From Burkholderiales bacterium (GTDB lineage Bacteria; Pseudomonadota; Gammaproteobacteria; Burkholderiales; JAEUOS01): a stretch of 64,000 nucleotides of DNA. Positions 18,732 through 27,876 of the stretch are shown in pieces. Every line of letters starts with the position of its first letter. The first letter of the stretch is position 1. Location of the stretch: positions 13,487-77,486 of the forward strand of contig JBJXGS010000193.1 of NCBI GenBank assembly GCA_046160545.1, given 5' to 3'. The position numbers and the translations under genes are program-made. The notes beneath the pieces were generated by a model. The model had not been told where the DNA came from. It made no database searches and saw only the letters and a program-made list of their open reading frames with translations.

Positions 18732-20708
18732 TCAGGGCGTCTCGGTGGACTTCTCGTCGGGCCGACGCGGCGGAATCGGCGGCAGCCGGTCCATGATCGA
18801 GGCCGGCTTGCCGGTGAAGAGCGCCTGATAGAAGACCGCGTTGGAAATGACCTTCTTGACGTAGTCGCGCGTCTCGTTGAAGGGAATCGATTCGGCGAAC
18901 ACCGCCGCCTCCATGGGCTTCACATCGCGCCAGCGACGCGGTCGTCCGGGCCCTGCGTTATAGGCTGCGCTGGCCAGGGCCTGATGGCTATGCAGCTCGT
19001 CCAGGACGATCTTCAGGTAGTTGGTGCCGAGCGCGATATTGGTATCCAGGTCATTGACGCGCCCGTGGTGATAGTCGTTCAGGCCGATCTTCTTGGCCAC
19101 CCAGCGCGCCGTGGCGGGCATGAGCTGCATCAGCCCCGAGGCACCGGCCACCGACTTGGCATTCATGATGAACCGACTCTCCTGGCGCATCAGCCCGTAA
19201 ACCCAGGCGTCGTCCAGCGCCAGGGCCTTGGCCTGCGGTCGCACCTGCTCTGCATGCGGACTCAAGAAACGCAGGTTGAAATCGTGCACGCTGCGCGTCT
19301 TGTCGGCGGTATTGATGGCGCGGTCGGGCAGGTCGCGTTCGCGCGCCAGGTGCGAGGCGGCCAGTAGTTGCCGGTCATCGAGACTACGAATCGAGTAAAC
19401 CCACTCCCGGTTGGCATCGAAACGCAATCCCAGGCGATACAGTGCCAGGGCGCGCGCGAACCCAGGCAACTGCGCGACGGCCGCCACCTCGTCCTGGCCA
19501 GGCACATGACCTACCGGCGGGATCACGGTTGGCCTGCCGAATTCAGCCGCGGCGAGCTGTCCGTAAAAGCTGAAGTCCGCTGCAATCGATTCAAATAGAG
19601 CGCGCGCCTCGTCCGCACGTCCGGCCTCCTTGTGCGAACGCGCCAGCCAATACACCCAGGCGGGGTCGCGCTTGAGCTCAGGAGTCATGTCGCCAATCGC
19701 GCGCGCCACCAGCTTCCAGTTACGGGCGCGCAATCCGGTGCGCGCCATCCATTGCAGGTATTCGTCGGGGAGCTGGATTTCGCTCACATGGGAAAACCAT
19801 TCGTCCGCCTCGGGCATGAGGCGCCGCCCCGCCTGGTAGCCGATCTGCGCCCAGCCCCACTGGATCTCGGTCTCGGTAAAGGGCTTCTTGCCCAGTCGGG
19901 TCCACCACGCCGCGGCCTCGCGTGGCTCGGTCCTGGCCAGCCGTCCCACCGCCGCCAGGGTCAGTTCCCTCTGCGGCCGGGTGCGCAGGTCGACACCGCG
20001 TTTGAGCCAGGCCTCGGGCTGGGTGAACGCGCTGTCTATCTGGCGCAGGTCGAGTGCCTGATTGTCCGGCAGATACTCGGCGGTGCGCTTCAACGCCGCG
20101 GGCTGGTTGGCATCGGTCAGAGCGCGGATGCGATCCCACACATGGCGGTCAAGCAGGCGGGACTGCCGAATCAGGTGCTCGGCCATCGCGGCGCAGCCTT
20201 CGGGCAGGTCGCGCGGCGTCAGCCACAGCGCCATCGCCTCGCGTACGCCGTCTTCTTCCTTGCGCATGACCCGCGCCAGCGCCGAGTAGCACAACACCTC
20301 GAGGTCCTCGGTGTACGCGACCTTGGGACGCACGGCATCGAACTGCTCCCAGGCGCGCCGTTTGCCCAGGGCGCGCAGCCACTCTACGCGAGTGCGTTCG
20401 GCCAGCACACTGTTGTCATGCCTGGCGAGAAAGGCCTCGTAATCGGCGTCGCCCGCCTCGGCGCGCCGGATCAGCAGCTGCCAATAGTCAGCGTAGGGTT
20501 CCAGCACATGGCCGCGCAGGCGCTCGGCGGATTGCGCCAGGCGGTCGCGCTGGCCAACACGAAAGGCCTCGCGCGCACTCATGAATGCATCTTCCGGTGC
20601 GGGAGCTGCGGCGCGCTTGCCCTGTGCAAGAGCAGGTGCCGGTTGCAGGCACACGACGGCCACCACCAGAAATGCGCGAACGCCGAGCAACAATGATTGC
20701 ATAATCAT
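18732..20708 (-). CDS. slt: Soluble lytic murein transglycosylase
   Basis: The start is MIMQSLLLGVRAFLVVAVVCLQPAPALA (signal peptide) at 20708. The C-terminal goose-type lysozyme domain contains MRQESRFIMNAKSVAGASGLMQLMP and AYNAGPG. Confidence 0.9.
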   Translation of the reverse strand: MIMQSLLLGVRAFLVVAVVCLQPAPALAQGKRAAAPAPEDAFMSAREAFRVGQRDRLAQSAERLRGHVLEPYADYWQLLIRRAEAGDADYEAFLARHDNSVLAERTRVEWLRALGKRRAWEQFDAVRPKVAYTEDLEVLCYSALARVMRKEEDGVREAMALWLTPRDLPEGCAAMAEHLIRQSRLLDRHVWDRIRALTDANQPAALKRTAEYLPDNQALDLRQIDSAFTQPEAWLKRGVDLRTRPQRELTLAAVGRLARTEPREAAAWWTRLGKKPFTETEIQWGWAQIGYQAGRRLMPEADEWFSHVSEIQLPDEYLQWMARTGLRARNWKLVARAIGDMTPELKRDPAWVYWLARSHKEAGRADEARALFESIAADFSFYGQLAAAEFGRPTVIPPVGHVPGQDEVAAVAQLPGFARALALYRLGLRFDANREWVYSIRSLDDRQLLAASHLARERDLPDRAINTADKTRSVHDFNLRFLSPHAEQVRPQAKALALDDAWVYGLMRQESRFIMNAKSVAGASGLMQLMPATARWVAKKIGLNDYHHGRVNDLDTNIALGTNYLKIVLDELHSHQALASAAYNAGPGRPRRWRDVKPMEAAVFAESIPFNETRDYVKKVISNAVFYQALFTGKPASIMDRLPPIPPRRPDEKSTETP

Positions 20709-20747
20709 GCCGATCGAGCATAGCACAACGCATACGCGGAGTTTTCG

Positions 20748-21350
20748 ATGTCCGAAGCAACCGGAGGGCAATATCCGTCCTGGCTGCGCGAGAAGCGCGC
20801 GGCCTGGCGCAAGCAACTGCTGCTGCGCCGTGCGACGCTGACCGCAAACGAGCGCGGGAGCGCTGACGCTGTCATTGGCTCCGCCATCGCACGCCTGCTC
20901 GACTCGATCGACGGCGTCCTCGGCTTTTACTGGCCGATCCAGAATGAATATGACGCCCGTGCGCAGGTCACAGCCTGGCTTGGGCTGACCGGTCGTGACC
21001 GGCGCGCGGCCCTGCCGGTGGTAGTCCGGCGCAACGCGCCGCTTGAATTCCGCTCCTGGACGCCGGCTTCGACCATGCGGGCAGCCGGGTTCGGCACATC
21101 GGTTCCTGCCGACGGAGAGGCACTGGTCCCGACCTGCCTGCTTATTCCTTTGGTCGGTTTCGACGCCGAGGGCTACCGCCTCGGATACGGCGGTGGCTAC
21201 TACGACCGCACCATCGCCGCCCTGAAAAAGCGCCCGCTCCTGATCGGCGTGGCCTACGCGGGCAGTGAACTGCCCTCGATTGAGCCCTTGGACCATGACT
21301 GCCGGATGGACTGGATCGTCACCGATGCCGGCTCACGCCGATGCCCTTGA
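20748..21350 (+). CDS. 5-formyltetrahydrofolate cyclo-ligase
   Basis: 200 aa. Contains the GYRLGYGGGYYDRT motif and lies divergent from slt. Confidence 0.85.
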   Translation: MSEATGGQYPSWLREKRAAWRKQLLLRRATLTANERGSADAVIGSAIARLLDSIDGVLGFYWPIQNEYDARAQVTAWLGLTGRDRRAALPVVVRRNAPLEFRSWTPASTMRAAGFGTSVPADGEALVPTCLLIPLVGFDAEGYRLGYGGGYYDRTIAALKKRPLLIGVAYAGSELPSIEPLDHDCRMDWIVTDAGSRRCP

Positions 21351-21386
21351 CCTGCTCCGGCCATATCCGGACGCGCTCTTCTGCCA

Positions 21387-21395
21387 TGCTAAAAT
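21387..21395 (+). promoter_or_regulatory. Extended -10 promoter element TGcTAAAAT upstream of the aminotransferase gene
   Basis: Read directly from the sequence. It sits in an unusually AT-rich spacer (21385-21440), about 80 nt upstream of the ATG at 21477. Confidence 0.4.
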
Positions 21396-21476
21396 TTATG
21401 GTCTAACTTTTTGTTTTGTCGGCTTTTTTGCCTGCGCGACCCGCATGGCAACGGGGCCGACCCCCAGGGATTGCAC

Positions 21477-22736
21477 ATGACCTCTCAAGCCTTTCTGCCA
21501 AGCAAGAAATTCAGTTCCTTCCATCCGCCGCAACGCACCCTGATGGGCCCCGGGCCCTCGGAGATCAACCCGCGCGTGCTGGCCGCCTCGTCGCTGCCGT
21601 CGATCGGCTACCTCGACCCGATCTTTGTCGAGATGATGGACGAGCTGAAACAGCTCCTGCGTTACGCTTACCAGACCAACAACCAGCTGACCTTCCCGAT
21701 CTCCGGGCCTGGCTCGGTCGGCATGGAATCCTGCTTCGTCAACATGGTCGCGCCCGGCGACCGCGTCATCGTCATGAAGAACGGCGTCTTCGGCGGACGC
21801 ATGGTCGAGAATGTCGAACGTGTCGGCGGCAAGGCAGTCGTCGTCGAGGACGCCTGGGGCGACCCCTGCGATCCCAACAAGCTCGAAGACGCCCTCAAGG
21901 CGAATCCGGACACCAAGGTCGTGGCCTTCGTGCACGCGGAGACCTCGACGGGCGCGCAGTCCGACGCCAAGACGCTGGTGTCGGTGGCGCACAAATATGG
22001 CGCGCTGACCATTGTCGATGCGGTCACTTCGCTGGCCGGAACCCCGATCAAGACCGACGAATGGCAGATCGACGCGATCTATTCCGGGAGCCAGAAGTGC
22101 CTGTCTTGTGTGCCCGGGCTTTCGCCAGTGTCGTACAACGAAGCGGTCATCGAGCGTGTCAAGAAGCGCAAGGATGAGCATCGCGTACAAAGCTGGTTCA
22201 TGGACTTGAACCTGGTACTGGGTTACTGGGGCGAGACCACGCGCACCTATCATCACACCGCGCCGATCAACAGCCTCTTCGCGTTGCACGAAGCGCTGCT
22301 GTTGCTGCGTGAGGAGGGTCTGGAAAACGCCTGGGCACGCCACATGCGTCATCACCTTGCTTTCAAGGCCGGGCTCGAGGCAATGGGACTGGAATTCCTG
22401 GTCAAGGAGGCTTACCGGCTGCCGCAGATGAACGCGATCCGCATTCCGGAAAGCATGCAGAAGAACGAGGCGCAGGTGCGCAAGACGCTTTTGAACGAGT
22501 TCAACCTCGAGATCGGCGCGGGACTCGGCCCACTGGCTGGCAAGATCTGGCGCTTCGGGCTGATGGGTTATTCGTGCAAGCCCGAAAACGTCATGCTGTG
22601 CCTTTCTGCGCTGGGCTCGGTCTTGATGGACATGGGTCATCCGGTCAAGGTCGGGCAGGCCGAGGCGGCGGCGCATTCCGCCTACGCGTCCATGCACGCC
22701 ACCGCCGCGCAGGCCAAGCTGCGCGCGGCTGCCTGA
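21477..22736 (+). CDS. Class V PLP aminotransferase (serine/alanine-glyoxylate aminotransferase type)
   Basis: Starts MTSQAFLPSKKFSSFHPPQRTLMGPGPSEINPRVL and contains the PLP-lysine motif YSGSQKCLS. The ATG at 21477 is preferred over the track start at 21411. Confidence 0.85.
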   Translation: MTSQAFLPSKKFSSFHPPQRTLMGPGPSEINPRVLAASSLPSIGYLDPIFVEMMDELKQLLRYAYQTNNQLTFPISGPGSVGMESCFVNMVAPGDRVIVMKNGVFGGRMVENVERVGGKAVVVEDAWGDPCDPNKLEDALKANPDTKVVAFVHAETSTGAQSDAKTLVSVAHKYGALTIVDAVTSLAGTPIKTDEWQIDAIYSGSQKCLSCVPGLSPVSYNEAVIERVKKRKDEHRVQSWFMDLNLVLGYWGETTRTYHHTAPINSLFALHEALLLLREEGLENAWARHMRHHLAFKAGLEAMGLEFLVKEAYRLPQMNAIRIPESMQKNEAQVRKTLLNEFNLEIGAGLGPLAGKIWRFGLMGYSCKPENVMLCLSALGSVLMDMGHPVKVGQAEAAAHSAYASMHATAAQAKLRAAA

Positions 22737-22782
22737 AATTGCCGCATCGGGGCGAGCGGAACTGCGGCAGGAGTCAGGTACA

Positions 22783-23673
22783 GTGGCTGAGGCGTCGGCG
22801 ACGGTAGCGGTCCTGTTCGCCGACATCGCCGGCAGCACGCGCCTGTACGAGGTGCTCGGCGACGAGCGCGCCAAGGCGCTCATCGACGAAGCCATTGCCG
22901 AGTTGCGCGCCATCACGGAGCGCCATGGCGGCCGAGTGGTGAAGACAATCGGCGACGAGGTCATGTGCGTGTTTCCCAGCCCCGAGCGCGGTTTCATCGC
23001 GGCGACCGACATGCAGTTGCGCATCGATCGCCTGCCCACCGAATCCAACACCAAGCGCAAGATCCGTGTCGGCTTTCATGCCGGACAGGTGATCGAGCAG
23101 GACGGCGACGTCTTCGGCGACACCGTCAACACGGCCGCGCGCATGGCCGGCCTGGCCAAGGGATTGCAGATCATCACCACCCGCGCGACGGTGGACCTGC
23201 TGCCCCCGGCACTGGCGGCTGGCACGCGTGACATCGCTGCGCTTGCCGTCAAGGGCAAGGCCGACGATCTGGCCGTCTGCGAAGTCATCTGGCAGGAAGG
23301 CGACGACCTGACCATGACGGCGCCGTCGGTAGTCATCGCAGCGCCGGAAGCAGTCCTGCAGCTGATCCATGGCGGGAGCACCCTGATCCTGAATACGGCC
23401 AAGCCAGCTGCCAGCCTGGGCCGCGATGCGGGCAGCGATGTGGTTATCGCTGACCCGAAAGCGTCGCGCAACCACGCCCGCATCGAACGCCGGCGCGACA
23501 AGTTCTTCCTGGCGGATCAGAGCACCAACGGCACCTTCGTCACCTTCGAGGGCGAAGCGGAAATGTCGCTGCGCCGGGAAGAGGTGATGCTGCGTGGCTC
23601 AGGGAGCATCGTGTTCGGCCACAGCGCGACTGAGTCGGCAGCCGAAGTGGTCGAATTCTCGCTACGCGGCTAA
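22783..23673 (+). CDS. Class III adenylate cyclase catalytic domain fused to a C-terminal FHA domain
   Basis: 296 aa with a GTG start. Cyclase motifs are VLFADIAGST, VKTIGDEVM and GDVFGDTVNTAARM. FHA motifs are LGRDAGSDVVI, SRNHARI and STNGTFV. Confidence 0.85.
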   Translation: MAEASATVAVLFADIAGSTRLYEVLGDERAKALIDEAIAELRAITERHGGRVVKTIGDEVMCVFPSPERGFIAATDMQLRIDRLPTESNTKRKIRVGFHAGQVIEQDGDVFGDTVNTAARMAGLAKGLQIITTRATVDLLPPALAAGTRDIAALAVKGKADDLAVCEVIWQEGDDLTMTAPSVVIAAPEAVLQLIHGGSTLILNTAKPAASLGRDAGSDVVIADPKASRNHARIERRRDKFFLADQSTNGTFVTFEGEAEMSLRREEVMLRGSGSIVFGHSATESAAEVVEFSLRG

Positions 23674-23695
23674 GAGCTGCGCTACGTCCGGTCCC

Positions 23696-23723
23696 TCGCC
23701 CTGCGAACGCAGCCGCAGGGCGA
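23696..23723. terminator. 10-bp-stem hairpin between the convergent cyclase-FHA and kinase genes
   Basis: TCGCCCTGCG-aacgcagc-CGCAGGGCGA. There is no clear U-tract on either strand. Confidence 0.35.
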
Positions 23724-23735
23724 TCCCCGAAATGG

Positions 23736-26165
23736 CTAGGCGACGCGGCGCACAGCCTTGGTACGCCCGTCCGGCGCGCTCAACAGCCCGGCCGGTGGCG
23801 CGGACTCGAGCTTGCCGCGCACTGCCGGATCGGCACAGGCCGACACGAAGCTGAGTTTGACCTCGGCGCCGGTCGAACCGCCGGGCGCAAAGCAGCTCTG
23901 GCCGAGCTTGGCATTGAGCGGCTTGGCCACCCCGTCGGCGATCAGGTCACCCGCATTGCCTTCGGGCAGCTCAAGGGCGAACTTGCCAGGCCCGCTGGTC
24001 CGGGCATCGAGCACGACGCGCAGGCCGCGCAGCTCGCGCAGCAGCGCAGGCGTGGCGCCATCTGGCAGGCCGTCAATGGCAAGGGCGACCTTTTGCGTGC
24101 CGAAATTGAAGCGCGCCAGAAAGAACTTCTTGGAGAATTCGTCGCCCACCAGCCGGCCGATGTCGGCCAGCGCCGTGTCCTCGTTGGGCCAAGATGTGTT
24201 CTTGGGCATCGCCGTGTTCGAGTAGATCTCCTCGCCGGTCGCCTTGTCGATTGCCTTGACGGTCCATGACGTGAGAGCGGTCTTGTTGATGGTGAGCCCG
24301 GAGGCAGCCAGCTTCATCGACAGGAGCTTGACCTTGACTTCACCGACGATGTGGAAATCAGCGCCCTTGGCGTTCGGGCCGGTCTTGGTCTCACCCTCGT
24401 TGGACCAGACACGAAAGCCGAAGGAGCGGATGCGCTCCTTGATCATGTTCTCGGCCATCTGCGATCGCGCCGGCGGAATCGGCTCGGTCGATTCGGCGTT
24501 GCGGATCAGCATCTCCACCGAGATCCTGGGATCGCCGTTGTTGCGGATGAATTCGATGCGTTCCTTCTCACTCATCTGGTTCAGGGATTTCTGCACGTCG
24601 CGCACCTTGACCGAGGCGCGCGTGACCATCTGCACAAGACCGTCCTTGCCGGTCTGCGGTGCGTCCTCCGAGAGGGTGCTCTTGATGAATTCACTCGAGC
24701 GGACAAGCATTTTTTGCGCGACCCAGTCGTAATTCTTGTCCAGCGAATCCGCAGCGACATACAGGCCCAACGCCTTCTCGACCAGTTGACGCCGCGCATC
24801 GGCGCGCGCCTCGGCCCCGGCGGCAGCCGTGTCACCATTGAAGCGCGCCGGATCGGCTAACCCCAAGGCGCTGATGACGACCGTGCCGGGCTCTGCCGGA
24901 GGTTCGGCAGGAGCCGGAGGCGGAGCAGCGGGTGGCGCGGCGGTCGGCGCCGCGCCCGGTGCCGCCGCGGCAACAGGCCCTGCAGCCGGGGCGGATGCGG
25001 TGGCGCTTGCCGGGCCCTCGGCCTTGCGCTGAGAGGCGAAAAACGCTCCGACTCCGACGGCAAGAACGAGCGCCGCGACGATCGCGAATAGCGGCGTCCG
25101 TGACCGCGGCGGCGCCGCGACCGGCATGCCTGACGGTGACTGCGCGGCCGGGCGTCGCGCCGTCGGCGCAGCGCCTGATGCCAGGGTAGCGTCGGCCGCT
25201 GTCGCAGCGGCGGCGCTATTGGCGACGGTCGCATCCAGTTCTGACGACGCGGGCTTCGCCTCGATGACCGCGCGAATAGCGTCGGAGAACTCGCGTGCGC
25301 TCTGGTAGCGCTCGTCGGGATTCTTGGCCATCGCCTTGTTGACCACCGCATCCCAGGCAGGCGGCAGGGTAGCGTTTATCGTCGAAGGTGGCAGCGGCGC
25401 CTCCTTCAGGACCTTGTGCATGATGGTCGTGACCGCGCCGGTGAAGGGCTTTTCCCCGGTCAGGAACTGGTACAGGATCACGCCGCAGGAAAAGAGGTCG
25501 CTGCGTCCGTCGACGGTCTGGCCCAGAAACTGTTCGGGCGACATGTAGGACGGCGTGCCGAGCACCGTGCCTGCCTGGGTCAACTCCGAGGTCTCGATAC
25601 GCGCGATGCCGAAGTCGGCCACCTTGACTGCGCTGCCGGCCTCCAGAAGGATCACATTGGCGGGCTTCATGTCGCGGTGGGTGACGCCGTGCGCGTGGGC
25701 GTGGCCCAGCGCATCGAGCAGTTCGCCCATGATGCGGCCGATGTCCTTGACCGCAAAGCGGCGGTTCTCGTCGAAATATTCCTTGAGTTCGCGCCCCTTG
25801 ATGAACTCCATCGCGATGAAAGCGACGCGCGCCGCGCCCGTCGGGGCATCGACAATGGTGGCGTCGACATCGATGACGGTTGCATCCGCATCCGCTGGCG
25901 CACCCGCGCCCCCGCCATCATCCTCGCCGTACTCGTAGATGGCAACGATGTTCGGGTGGTTGAGCCGCCCGGCTGCCTGCGCCTCGCGCTTGAAGCGCGC
26001 CAGCATCTCGCCCATCTGCGCGGCTTCCACCTGGTCAGCGCGAATGGTCTTGATGGCCACCGTACGCTCGATGACGGGGTCGAAGCCCTCGTAGACGACG
26101 CCCATCGCACCGCGACCGAGCTCGCGACGGATCAGGTACTTGCCGAGTTTGCTGATTGCTGCCAT
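23736..26165 (-). CDS. Membrane-spanning Hanks-type Ser/Thr protein kinase with a large periplasmic C-terminal region
   Basis: 809 aa. Kinase motifs are GRGAMGVVYEG, VAIKTI, HRDMKPANVIL, DFGIA and GTPSYMSPEQ. A TM helix lies around aa 358-378 (LFAIVAALVLAVGVGAFFAS), followed by an Ala/Pro linker and about 430 aa of extracytoplasmic sequence. Confidence 0.9.
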   Translation of the reverse strand: MAAISKLGKYLIRRELGRGAMGVVYEGFDPVIERTVAIKTIRADQVEAAQMGEMLARFKREAQAAGRLNHPNIVAIYEYGEDDGGGAGAPADADATVIDVDATIVDAPTGAARVAFIAMEFIKGRELKEYFDENRRFAVKDIGRIMGELLDALGHAHAHGVTHRDMKPANVILLEAGSAVKVADFGIARIETSELTQAGTVLGTPSYMSPEQFLGQTVDGRSDLFSCGVILYQFLTGEKPFTGAVTTIMHKVLKEAPLPPSTINATLPPAWDAVVNKAMAKNPDERYQSAREFSDAIRAVIEAKPASSELDATVANSAAAATAADATLASGAAPTARRPAAQSPSGMPVAAPPRSRTPLFAIVAALVLAVGVGAFFASQRKAEGPASATASAPAAGPVAAAAPGAAPTAAPPAAPPPAPAEPPAEPGTVVISALGLADPARFNGDTAAAGAEARADARRQLVEKALGLYVAADSLDKNYDWVAQKMLVRSSEFIKSTLSEDAPQTGKDGLVQMVTRASVKVRDVQKSLNQMSEKERIEFIRNNGDPRISVEMLIRNAESTEPIPPARSQMAENMIKERIRSFGFRVWSNEGETKTGPNAKGADFHIVGEVKVKLLSMKLAASGLTINKTALTSWTVKAIDKATGEEIYSNTAMPKNTSWPNEDTALADIGRLVGDEFSKKFFLARFNFGTQKVALAIDGLPDGATPALLRELRGLRVVLDARTSGPGKFALELPEGNAGDLIADGVAKPLNAKLGQSCFAPGGSTGAEVKLSFVSACADPAVRGKLESAPPAGLLSAPDGRTKAVRRVA

Positions 26166-26231
26166 GACGTGCGCCGCGCATGGGCGCGGCCGGTCACGAC
26201 CTCACGTGAACCAGCCGCCCGGAGCGCGCCC

Positions 26232-27032
26232 TTATTTGTACTTGGAGTCGATTTCCCAGACGGCGGTCTGCACCAGGCGCTGCACCATGGTGTCCAGCCC
26301 AACCCCGCCTTTGGCGCCGTCGGACACGCCCATGACTGAGGTCCTGGTCTGGCCTACCTCCATCTTGAGTTCCTGGTAGCCCTGCGCGACCTGCTCGGTG
26401 GTGTTGGCGTTCATGATCTTGTAGCGCATGCCGACCAGCCACACCCCGGTCGCCTCGCTGGTCTGCACGTTGGAGACGACATGGCCGGCGACGGATCCGC
26501 CCAGACCGAACAGCCCGCCGAGTGCGCCGATCGCGCGGCCGTCAAAGCCCTTCTTGTTCTCTGCGATCTGCTCGGCCTTGATGATATCGAACTTGATGAC
26601 CCACTCGGTGGTCTTGAGCTTTCCCATCTGCATGGTCTTGCGCGCAGCGTTGGGGTCGCCCAGGTTGTAGGCCAGCGAGATCTCGTTCAGCAACGGCCCC
26701 AGGTTGGAACGCTCCAGAACCGAGAAATTGGCCTGTGAGAGCTCCAGTTCGGCGAAGTCGGCGATGTTGTTGGGGCCGACCTTTTGGGTGAAGCTCGCGT
26801 TGTTGCTCTTGACCTCGCCTGGAATGACCACCAGCGCCGGGCCCTTCTTGGCGCGGTTGGCGTACTCGATGGGCTTGTAGGCAGCCTGGTCGGCAGCGGC
26901 GTTGGCCGCCTGCGAGGTGCTGCTTCCCGCGGTGGGCGACGGGTTGCCGAAGGTCGGCTGGGCCAGCGCGGTCGATGCTGCGATAAGCGCGGCGAATCCG
27001 ACGGCGAATGCGGGGAGGCAGGTGCGATGCAT
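26232..27032 (-). CDS. Secreted CsgG-family-like protein (no lipobox)
   Basis: The ATG at 27032 is preceded by AAGGAG. It has the signal peptide MHRTCLPAFAVGFAALIAASTALA. The blocks ALVVIPGEVKS..ADFAELELSQANFSVLERSNLGPLLNEISLA and WLVGMRYKIMNANTTEQV align by eye to the CsgG core. Confidence 0.65.
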   Translation of the reverse strand: MHRTCLPAFAVGFAALIAASTALAQPTFGNPSPTAGSSTSQAANAAADQAAYKPIEYANRAKKGPALVVIPGEVKSNNASFTQKVGPNNIADFAELELSQANFSVLERSNLGPLLNEISLAYNLGDPNAARKTMQMGKLKTTEWVIKFDIIKAEQIAENKKGFDGRAIGALGGLFGLGGSVAGHVVSNVQTSEATGVWLVGMRYKIMNANTTEQVAQGYQELKMEVGQTRTSVMGVSDGAKGGVGLDTMVQRLVQTAVWEIDSKYK

Positions 27033-27057
27033 GATGTGGCTCCTTGGAAAGCGGGAA

Positions 27058-27780
27058 TTACTTCTTGCGGCGTGGCGCCGGCGGTGGTTCAGGCTGGTTG
27101 CAGTAGTCGCTGTAAAGGCGTGCGACGGCCTCGTCGGCCTGTTCATTGATGAGGGTCAGCGCCATGCCGGATGCATCCGCACCGGCGTAGCTCTGCGAGC
27201 GGGTCTGGGTCTCGGAAATGCGCTTGCCGTCAGCGCCGGTCAGGACAAACTGCATGCCGACGACGACCTGGTTGACCTTCAACACCGGATTGACCATGGC
27301 GCTCGAGGTAATCAGGCCGCGCAGGGTGTAGCTGGCCGCGAGGCGCCTGGACGCCGACAGTGCGGCATCGGGATTGTTCTTGAAGTAGGCATCGATCTCC
27401 GCCTGCGCGATCTGCTTCTTGATCTCGTCGGCGGTGAATGTGGCCAGGCCGAGCTTTCTCAAGCGCTGGTTGACGGCCTCGAAATGGGGGTTGAATGCGG
27501 CCTGGCTGGCGCTGACCACGCCATTCCTCTCTTCGCCGATCAGGACCATGATCTTGCGGCTCTTGATGCGCTCGCGACAGGGCGTGGACAGGAGGGCACC
27601 CACGCGGGCAGCGCGCTCGGCTTCTTCCTTGTCGGCAGTGTTTTCCTGATTGGAGAACTTGAAGCCCTGTGCCAGTGCCGACGGAGCGCCGCTCACCGCG
27701 CATACCGCCAGCGCGGCGATCAGGCCGCGCACGCGGCTGGCGACACCTGCGCGGGTTGGAGCAGCCAGGATGGTATGCAT
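27058..27780 (-). CDS. Secreted protein of unknown function with an LpoB/CsgG-N-like alpha/beta pattern
   Basis: It has the signal peptide ...LIAALAVCAVSGAPSALA. The core KIMVLIGEE...YTLRGLITSS...VVVGMQFVLTGADGKRI resembles that pattern. It is the first gene of the minus-strand operon with the CsgG-like gene and the kinase. The start could be 27780 or 27798. Confidence 0.55.
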   Translation of the reverse strand: MHTILAAPTRAGVASRVRGLIAALAVCAVSGAPSALAQGFKFSNQENTADKEEAERAARVGALLSTPCRERIKSRKIMVLIGEERNGVVSASQAAFNPHFEAVNQRLRKLGLATFTADEIKKQIAQAEIDAYFKNNPDAALSASRRLAASYTLRGLITSSAMVNPVLKVNQVVVGMQFVLTGADGKRISETQTRSQSYAGADASGMALTLINEQADEAVARLYSDYCNQPEPPPAPRRKK

Positions 27781-27876
27781 AGAACCAGATTGTCCCATGT
27801 CCGCAACGCGAATAGAAAGCCATTAGGCCTTTGGTATGAGAGACTCCGGTGTGCGCATGTGCGCTAAGTCACACCG

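Noticed and set aside
20709-21296. Upstream extension of the slt ORF (track 18732..21296, 854 aa)
   Set aside because: The extension is antisense to the 5-formyl-THF cyclo-ligase gene and has no signal peptide. The ATG at 20708 gives a canonical signal peptide followed directly by Slt-like sequence.
20709-21476. 6S RNA (ssrS), which lies next to the 5-formyl-THF cyclo-ligase gene in E. coli
   Set aside because: The upstream spacer to slt is only 39 bp and the downstream spacer is 126 bp. Both are too short for a ~180-nt 6S RNA, and no long imperfect hairpin is visible.
21396-23060. 554-aa minus-strand ORF
   Set aside because: It is antisense to the class V aminotransferase and the start of the cyclase-FHA gene. 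It is Arg/Gly/Ala/Val-rich with no motifs.
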